Shown: in pieces, positions 39,636-45,669 of the stretch
How positions within the stretch are numbered: position 1 is the stretch's first letter
Layout of the letters: each line of letters starts with the position of its first letter
Source: Alcaligenaceae bacterium
GTDB taxonomy: Bacteria > Pseudomonadota > Gammaproteobacteria > Burkholderiales > Burkholderiaceae_B
Direction of reading: 5' to 3'
NCBI GenBank assembly: GCA_030452305.1
Contig: JAKDMO010000001.1
Coordinates: 1 to 45,669 of the forward strand
DNA: 45,669 nucleotides
Program-made: the position numbers and the translations under genes
The notes under the pieces: generated by a model
Database searches by the model: none
Told to the model about the DNA's origin: nothing
Seen by the model: the letters and a program-made list of their open reading frames with translations, nothing else

Positions 39636-41018
39636 TTACTCCTTTTGTGTCCACTGCGAACCCGACCCTGATCGAGAATTCCATCCTACGGCGCCCTCAA
39701 GCAATGGCGGACGGATCTGATCGGGGCGTACGGGTGTATTGATGACTGGCGTATCAGGAAACGCCCTGGACACAACAGACTGGGCATTGGCGGCGCGCTG
39801 CGCCAGACCCGGATGATCCGCGCCCACGACGACCGGCGTAACCAGGATTGCAAGTTCGGTTTCATTGCGCTGAAAGCGCGTCGAACGGAATAACGCCCCA
39901 AGCACGGGCAAGTCGCCCAGGCCCGGCACTTTATCGACATTGCGGGAAGTGTCGCGTGACAGGAAACCCGCGAGTACCAATGTCTGGCCGGACTGGACAT
40001 TGAATTCTGTGGCCGCGCGCCGCGTCTTGAGCGACGGCCCGGTGGGCACGGAAAGTGCATTGTCTATGGAGCTGACCTCAACCTCGATACTGGAGCGCAC
40101 CGCACCATTGCGTTCGACGTGGGGTGTGATGCGCAGCGACACACCGTAGGGCTTGAACGCCGTCTGACTATTACCGTTCCGATCCACCGTGCTGTAGGGC
40201 ACTTCGCCACCAGCCAGAAACTCGGCCGTGGCGCCACTGCGGGCAAGGATTTGCGGCTGTGCCAGCACGACGGCTGTGCCTTCCTGGGCCATGGCATTGA
40301 TTTGCGCAGAAAACAGGGCATTGACCCCGAAATAACCGGCGGCCGCACCGGATGGAAAGGCCATCGGTATCACCGTCTGGCCGGGGCGATCGGCATAGCG
40401 TCGCGAACCGCCGTCCCACGCCAGTGACGTATTGAGCCCGCCCTCAGACTGCGCCGACCAGCGTAAACCCAGCTCACGTGCGAGTGAGCGCGGCACCTCG
40501 ACAACCTGCACGTCAAGCAGGACCATGCGGTCCCAGCCCACCGGGCTGGTGAAGTCGAGCAACTGCGGATAGCGCTTGCTGAGCGTGGCCACGCGCTCGC
40601 GATCCCCGTCGGACAAGCGATCACCCTCAACGACCAGTTTGTCACCCACTACCGTAACCTCGGCCTCGGGAATGCGCTCAAGCATGCCGCGCAACTCGCT
40701 TTGCACCTGGCGCGCACCCTCGGGGGCCACATCAACTATGTAGCGATGGCTGTGCCCGTCGGATGTCCAGACATGCAGGGTGCTGGAACCCTGATTACGC
40801 GCAAAGACGATGATTTCCTTGTCTTCGGTCGTCACAGCATTCACAACATGCCCGTCGCCCACCGCAACCCGTGCCACATCAGGCAGTCCCAGCACACGCA
40901 CCTCACCCACCTGCATGGATAAAAGGGTTTCAGCGCGCGCAAATGCAGGACGATGACTCAGTACAAGCAGGGTCGTCAGCGCAAACATCAGGGCCAGAAA
41001 AGGCTTTCGGGGGGGCAT
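39636..41018 (-). CDS. cpaC: Tad secretin RcpA/CpaC
   Basis: Signal peptide; VARVAVGDG N-domain; AEFLAGGEVP, FKPYGVSL, KVPGLGDLPVLGALFRS..FQRNETELAILVTP; GGAGA RBS before ATG 41018. Confidence 0.92.
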   Translation of the reverse strand: MPPRKPFLALMFALTTLLVLSHRPAFARAETLLSMQVGEVRVLGLPDVARVAVGDGHVVNAVTTEDKEIIVFARNQGSSTLHVWTSDGHSHRYIVDVAPEGARQVQSELRGMLERIPEAEVTVVGDKLVVEGDRLSDGDRERVATLSKRYPQLLDFTSPVGWDRMVLLDVQVVEVPRSLARELGLRWSAQSEGGLNTSLAWDGGSRRYADRPGQTVIPMAFPSGAAAGYFGVNALFSAQINAMAQEGTAVVLAQPQILARSGATAEFLAGGEVPYSTVDRNGNSQTAFKPYGVSLRITPHVERNGAVRSSIEVEVSSIDNALSVPTGPSLKTRRAATEFNVQSGQTLVLAGFLSRDTSRNVDKVPGLGDLPVLGALFRSTRFQRNETELAILVTPVVVGADHPGLAQRAANAQSVVSRAFPDTPVINTPVRPDQIRPPLLEGAVGWNSRSGSGSQWTQKE

Positions 41019-41019
41019 C

Positions 41020-41958
41020 TCAGTCTCCTGACGGATCGGTGTGAATCTGCAAACCGCCCGTTGCTCCGGTGCGCATCCAGGCACTGGTCAGATCCTGGGC
41101 CTGCGGCAGATCGAACAGACCCGACGCACGACTGGGTCCTCGACGAGCGGGTGGTGTGAGGCCGGGCATCACACGGGTGGACTGGCTGCCGTAGATCACC
41201 TGAGGGCCTTTCCGACGCACGGGTGGTGGCTGCTGTACACCCAGCAAGGCAGCCAGGTCGCCGCGCACCGCGCGCATGTCGGTCTGGAAATCATCCGGAT
41301 GTCGCAGAATCGCCGTGATCCGGCCGCCCTGGCGCGCCGCCACGAGTTTGACGACATCTTCGGGCGCCGCATCCAGGGTCACGGTGGAAAACGCCGCGCC
41401 TTCAGCGCCATCGTCCAGGCGCGTAGAGCGGCCCGTAGCCAGCACCAGTACGCCCTGCAGCAACGGGGCGGTCACCTGGCGCCGCTGGTACTCGAAAGAC
41501 ACATACAGGTCGATCAAATCGCCAGGCTGCAAGAGCCCCGATACTGAATTAATCTGATCGACCGGCAAGGCGATCGCACGGCGACCCGGTGCGAGCTGGC
41601 TGGAGAATGGCTGCTGCCGAGCGACCATGGTGTGCACCGGCAATATAGGGTCACCCGCCCGCAGGGAGGCAACCAGAATGGTATCGTCCAACGCCTCGAA
41701 GCGTTCCGGCGGCATGCTGGTGCTGCCGACCCATTCCGCAGGAAAACTGCGCAACGCCATGTGTTCCGGCCGCAGGCGCGTGCCTGTGGGCAGATCATAA
41801 GCCGCCACGATACGTTCGACGGTTCGAACCTGGGCGCGTGCCTCAATATGGCTGATGCGGTCCTGAATATGGCTGCGCACTGACCAGGCGGCTGCAAGGC
41901 CCGAGGCCAACGCCAGGCCCAGGAGGATACTGCTGCGTGCCGACAGGCGAATTTTCAT
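41020..41958 (-). CDS. cpaB: Flp pilus assembly protein CpaB/RcpC
   Basis: N-terminal TM, SAF domain (IVAAYDLPTGTRL), PGRRAIALPVDQINSVSGLLQPGDLIDL, VLVLATG. Confidence 0.92.
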   Translation of the reverse strand: MKIRLSARSSILLGLALASGLAAAWSVRSHIQDRISHIEARAQVRTVERIVAAYDLPTGTRLRPEHMALRSFPAEWVGSTSMPPERFEALDDTILVASLRAGDPILPVHTMVARQQPFSSQLAPGRRAIALPVDQINSVSGLLQPGDLIDLYVSFEYQRRQVTAPLLQGVLVLATGRSTRLDDGAEGAAFSTVTLDAAPEDVVKLVAARQGGRITAILRHPDDFQTDMRAVRGDLAALLGVQQPPPVRRKGPQVIYGSQSTRVMPGLTPPARRGPSRASGLFDLPQAQDLTSAWMRTGATGGLQIHTDPSGD

Positions 41959-42602
41959 GAGGTTTCGGGCTCCTGAACATGCTGCAGCCAAAGCTGCGCC
42001 CCAGTGGGGTCTGGACGTATCTGTAAATCAAGCTGTGCCTTGCCGCGCCACCAGTGCAGAGTTCCGCCGGAGCTCGCCTCGTGCCGCCAGCCCGCGCTGG
42101 ACAGTACATGCCTGAAGTGCCGACGCAGCGCGGCCTCGGGCAGATTGGACCGGTAGGCCGCACGAGTAATAGTTTTATTATCCAAAGTTTCTATATTTCT
42201 AAAAACAGAATGCGTGCCGTGTGGCAGGTACAGCGAGAAATCAAAGCCCGGGGGCACCACACGCACGGCATCCAGTACCGAGACCACGCCGTGGGATCCT
42301 GCCGGGTGATGGATGATCTCGGCCAACCAGTGGCGCTCAGCCGCGAGGCCGGACAGGACGATACGGCCATTGAGGATCAGCATACGGTCCAGAAATGTGA
42401 AATGCTCTGACAATCGCCTGGCAGCCTGGGCTTGTGGCATAGAGGCCCGCCAGCGCCGCTCGCTTATCCTCACACCCGAGACGCGCAAGGTGCTTTCCTC
42501 GGACCAGGCCCAGCCGGATTGATCCAGGGGCGGAATCACAGCCCAGGCAGCCGACGACCACAGGGCCAGTACCAGGACCGCAAAAATCACACGGACGATC
42601 AT
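41955..42602 (-). CDS. Exported protein of unknown function in the Tad cluster
   Basis: 215 aa with a Sec signal peptide (..WSSAAWA); ATGA overlaps at both ends with neighbouring genes. Confidence 0.72.
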   Translation of the reverse strand: MIVRVIFAVLVLALWSSAAWAVIPPLDQSGWAWSEESTLRVSGVRISERRWRASMPQAQAARRLSEHFTFLDRMLILNGRIVLSGLAAERHWLAEIIHHPAGSHGVVSVLDAVRVVPPGFDFSLYLPHGTHSVFRNIETLDNKTITRAAYRSNLPEAALRRHFRHVLSSAGWRHEASSGGTLHWWRGKAQLDLQIRPDPTGAQLWLQHVQEPETS

Positions 42603-43306
42603 GGTGCCCCCCGGTCGAGATGACGCGCCGGAACACGCCCCACCCAGGGCTGCAGCCAGTCGAAGGACACCTCGGGCCGCCCCCACGCGGCATCCACGGC
42701 CTGCATGCGCTCGGTAACCTGCTGCCCCAGGGCAATCGAACGATCGGCATACTGGGTCCAGACACTGTGTGCCTGAGCAATACGCTGCTGGGTGGCCGAA
42801 TCACTGTCGGATGCGCCCGTGCCGCGCATGATGGCAGTATGGCGATCCAGACCGAGCCTGTAGCGATCAAAAGCCCCAAGGCCCAGGCCGGGTTGATGCT
42901 CGCCATTGGTTTCCACATGGACGCTCGCTACCCAAATCCTCGGGTCGCCCAGCACGAGATCCTGACGTACCACAGCTGCCCCCGGGTATGAATCACCAAC
43001 CTGAATGCTTGGAGTCCTGGCAGTGGGCACCGAGGCCGCGCGCGCAGCGGAAACATCCAGAAAGGCCTCACCCCGGCGATTTGCCCCGCCACGTTCGGGC
43101 ACGATGGCTTGGCCGGATTTCACCACATGTTCCCCCAAACCCTGATGTGCCAGAGCGAACGCTCGATATCTGCCGGCATAGCCGGCCTGCAGAGCAGCAT
43201 CCTGAATGCGGCCAAGCCAGGCGGCACCAATCCACAAACTGGCCAGGACACCGAGTACCAGCAGGCCCTCAAGGGCGGACTGGCCTGATTGCGTGTGCGC
43301 CCGCAT
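42599..43306 (-). CDS. TadE-like minor pilin/pseudopilin
   Basis: MRAHTQSG|QSALEGLLVLGVLASLW: class III signal with Glu at +5; GGAGG RBS before ATG 43306. Confidence 0.78.
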   Translation of the reverse strand: MRAHTQSGQSALEGLLVLGVLASLWIGAAWLGRIQDAALQAGYAGRYRAFALAHQGLGEHVVKSGQAIVPERGGANRRGEAFLDVSAARAASVPTARTPSIQVGDSYPGAAVVRQDLVLGDPRIWVASVHVETNGEHQPGLGLGAFDRYRLGLDRHTAIMRGTGASDSDSATQQRIAQAHSVWTQYADRSIALGQQVTERMQAVDAAWGRPEVSFDWLQPWVGRVPARHLDRGAP

Positions 43307-43307
43307 T

Positions 43308-44612
43308 CTAAGGCCTCCCGGCCTGGGCGCGCACGGGCGCCAGGGCTGCATGCCAATAGGGGTGAAATAGATTCGGACGCTCGTGTCTGCCGTCGGAGCG
43401 CGGATCGGGCCGGGCAAAGTAGGTGCGTGCGGCACTACGCGCGTGAATCGCAAGCTCTTTGGGCCCGGGCTGCGTGAAGGCCACCGAAAAGCTGGGTGCT
43501 GCGTCGGCCTTGTCCGCCGACACATCGTAGTATGCAGCCAGGCCGTCCCCAGGCCATGCCGCCCGCCCACGCATGGCATAGGAATTGGCCAGGGGGTTGT
43601 CGTGCCCATCAAGCAAATCCCATTGGGTGGCTTCCTCGACCCAGCGCCAGAAATCCTGTTTTGAAAAATTGTCTGGAGCGTCATCGGTATATGCGCCATC
43701 CATCACCTGGGATGCCTCACCGGGAATCCAGGCCCAGCCCATCACGTACTCGCGGTAATAGCAGCCAATCCAGCGATTGGAGCGCAAGGCATGATAGGAC
43801 TGAGTATCAAAGGACTGCCAGCGCCCCGCACCGTCCATGCGCGTGCCGCCCCGGCGGCGTAACTGGTGCCTGAGGTGCGGGCAGCGGTGGCTGACCGCCC
43901 ACGAATTTTCCGCAGTGTCATTGCGCGGATCGAGAAAATCGTACATGCCCACCACCTGCGACACCAATGGCCGGAACTGGGCCTCGGGCGCAAAGCGCCG
44001 CACAAACCCCGGCCAGTCGTCCGAAACGATCGCCACTGAATCATCCGAAATCTGCTGGTCAGGGTAATGCGCAGCCAGCACCGCGTGGATAGCGGCCCGC
44101 CGTGCCTTGGGCAGGCCACGCACCACATCAGACGAAAGGCCCCGATACAGATCCTGCACAAAGCGATTATGGGCCGCGTGGGCCTGCGCCAGCGCCCCGG
44201 TGGTTCCGGCTTGCACATCCAGGCCCGAGGCGCGCGCAGCCGCTGTGTAGGCGCGACCATAATCGGCACCAAAAAGCATGCCGATCAGGTGCGCCGGCGG
44301 ATTGCCGCGCGCCAGCCGCCCCGCCTGCGTACCGCCATACATGGCCCAACTGCCCAGAGTGACCATGTGCGCCATGGCGAGCTGGTGCGCGACCTGGGCA
44401 CGGTTCAGGTAGGCCAGCAAATTCAATGCACGCGCCTGAACCAGGGCCCCACTGTACGCAGCGGCATCCAGGCCGTGAACCTGACGGCTTTTCGCGGCAA
44501 GGATCCGGCCCGCTGAAAAATAATGCAGGGCGGCCACAGACAGCAAGGCCGCCATCAGCATGCCCAGCACCAGGGCCTGGCCGGCTTGGGGATGGATCAC
44601 GCGTGCCGCCAT
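43308..44612 (-). CDS. TadG-like pilin-domain protein (possible tip adhesin)
   Basis: QAG|QALVLGML prepilin-like N-terminus, LDAAAYSGA Tad motif, Cys- and Trp-rich C-terminal domain. Confidence 0.78.
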   Translation of the reverse strand: MAARVIHPQAGQALVLGMLMAALLSVAALHYFSAGRILAAKSRQVHGLDAAAYSGALVQARALNLLAYLNRAQVAHQLAMAHMVTLGSWAMYGGTQAGRLARGNPPAHLIGMLFGADYGRAYTAAARASGLDVQAGTTGALAQAHAAHNRFVQDLYRGLSSDVVRGLPKARRAAIHAVLAAHYPDQQISDDSVAIVSDDWPGFVRRFAPEAQFRPLVSQVVGMYDFLDPRNDTAENSWAVSHRCPHLRHQLRRRGGTRMDGAGRWQSFDTQSYHALRSNRWIGCYYREYVMGWAWIPGEASQVMDGAYTDDAPDNFSKQDFWRWVEEATQWDLLDGHDNPLANSYAMRGRAAWPGDGLAAYYDVSADKADAAPSFSVAFTQPGPKELAIHARSAARTYFARPDPRSDGRHERPNLFHPYWHAALAPVRAQAGRP

Positions 44613-44613
44613 G

Positions 44614-44886
44614 TCACTGGCCTGCGGCAGCGTTGCCGGTGAAGGATTTAAGTGTTTTGGCCGCGGCCTGTGCGGCAGCGGCCTCGGCTGCCGACTGTGC
44701 CATGCGCGAAAGCTCGGAGCCGTCTTCGCCTGCGATTTCCTTGGCCATGGCTGCGGTCTGCGACCGGATCACCTGCCCGAAAAGCTGATAGACCGCAATC
44801 GCTGCAACGGCGACCAGCGCCACCACAATGATGTACTCGACCATGCCCTGGCCACGCTGCCTGACGTGTCTGCCCCGTGTCTGCAT
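44614..44886 (-). CDS. Flp-type major pilin (long form)
   Basis: RQRG|QGMVEYIIVVALVAVAAIAVY: Gly cleavage site with E+5/Y+6 Flp motif; first gene of the cluster. ATG 44886 chosen; 44901 is an alternative. Confidence 0.85.
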   Translation of the reverse strand: MQTRGRHVRQRGQGMVEYIIVVALVAVAAIAVYQLFGQVIRSQTAAMAKEIAGEDGSELSRMAQSAAEAAAAQAAAKTLKSFTGNAAAGQ

Positions 44887-44919
44887 CACCGCCCCCGCCA
44901 TCAAGAATAGGATGGGGAC

Positions 44920-44948
44920 AGTGTGCGGGGCGGCCGCGAGGCCGACAA
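44920..44948 (-). promoter_or_regulatory. Candidate sigma70 promoter of the Tad cluster
   Basis: Minus strand TTGTCG-N17-CACACT, 33 nt upstream of the pilin ATG. Confidence 0.4.
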
Positions 44949-45001
44949 TTCGCAGAAGCCGCCACGGCCAAAACTGGCACGCAGCGGTTCAGTTCAGGAT
45001 A

Positions 45002-45669
45002 CTAGTCGCCGACGCGTACCTTCAGGGCGCCCAGGCCGGCGATTTCGCCGGTCAGCACGTCGCCGCGTTGCACGGCGCCCACGCCTGCAGGCGTGCCGGT
45101 AAAGACCAGGTCGCCGGCCTTCAGTTCGAACAGTGTGGACAGGTAGGCCAGGGCCTCGGGCACGTTCCAGATCATGTCCGACAGATCGCCTTTCTGGCGC
45201 AGGTCGCCGTTCACCGACAGGGTGATCTCGCCGGATTCCAGCGCGCCGGTCTTTGTGACGGGGTGCAGCGGGCCTATGGGTGCGGCATGGTCGAAGCCTT
45301 TGGCGGTTTCCCACGGGCGACCGAGCTTTTTGGCGGCGGCCTGCAGGTCGCGGCGCGTCATATCCAGGCCGACTGCATAGCCCCAGACGCACAGCGCCGC
45401 CTGCTGCGGATCCAGGTCGCGACCGCCCTGGCCCAGGGCCACGACGAGTTCGATCTCGTGATGCAGTTCGTGGGTGGCCGACGGATACGGCATGGTCCCG
45501 GTCTGGCCGTCGGCGACGTTCAGGACGGCATCGGCGGGCTTGGCAAAGAAAAAGGGATCTTCGCGGCCACTGGCGCCCATTTCCCGAGCGTGATCGGCGT
45601 AATTGCGGCCGACGCAGTAGACCCGACGTACCGGGAAAACGGCGTCGCTGCCGACTACGGGCAACACCG
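45002..45669 (-). CDS. Fumarylacetoacetate hydrolase family protein (YcgM/FAHD1-like); 5' end beyond the window
   Basis: PVRRVYCVGRNYADH, PFFFAKP, HHEIEL, DMTRRDLQ, KGFD, GDLVFTGTPAGVG. Confidence 0.92.
   Translation of the reverse strand, partial: VLPVVGSDAVFPVRRVYCVGRNYADHAREMGASGREDPFFFAKPADAVLNVADGQTGTMPYPSATHELHHEIELVVALGQGGRDLDPQQAALCVWGYAVGLDMTRRDLQAAAKKLGRPWETAKGFDHAAPIGPLHPVTKTGALESGEITLSVNGDLRQKGDLSDMIWNVPEALAYLSTLFELKAGDLVFTGTPAGVGAVQRGDVLTGEIAGLGALKVRVGD

Noticed and set aside
41009-41015. C7 tract right after the secretin ATG as a phase-variation switch
   Set aside because: Too short, currently in frame, and an equal-length tract occurs in housekeeping trpF (16564-16570).
44975-44990. 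TGGCACG sigma54-like motif near the Tad cluster
   Set aside because: Wrong strand for the Tad genes and lacks the -12 TTGC.

Overview
A GC-rich, gene-dense chromosomal segment of a betaproteobacterium. Gene order and protein sequences suggest Alcaligenaceae (Castellaniella/Bordetella-like); this is inference. About 36 kb is housekeeping: rpmI-rplT-pheS-pheT-ihfA-merR, ubiK, comM, a small lipoprotein, glnK-amtB with a sigma54 promoter and NtrC-like boxes, thrS-infC-gshB-EIIA(Man)-ptsH-ptsI, tRNA-Val(GAC), leuCDB-asd-fimV-truA-dctQM-trpF, an M48 peptidase, aroC, a 2-hydroxyacid dehydrogenase, selO, DUF2069, yihY, a CBS protein, dusA, thrB and a BPSS1780-family gene. The accessory part is a 10-gene minus-strand Tad/Flp pilus cluster (about 35.6-44.9 kb). 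Its CpaF ATPase carries an N-terminal FHA-like domain, and it has a long pilin, two pilin-like proteins, an unknown exported protein and DUF192. No prepilin peptidase, CpaE/TadZ or TadD gene is visible in it. Other points of note: infC is separated from rpmI by about 8 kb, and rpmI has its own promoter and a structured leader; infC has an ATC start; the TRAP dctQM pair has no dctP; DUF192 runs 309 nt antisense into its neighbour; fimV contains a 15-bp tandem repeat; and two genes look leaderless. I saw no IS, integrase, prophage, CRISPR array or rRNA. Start codons were re-chosen by eye where the ORF track over-extends.
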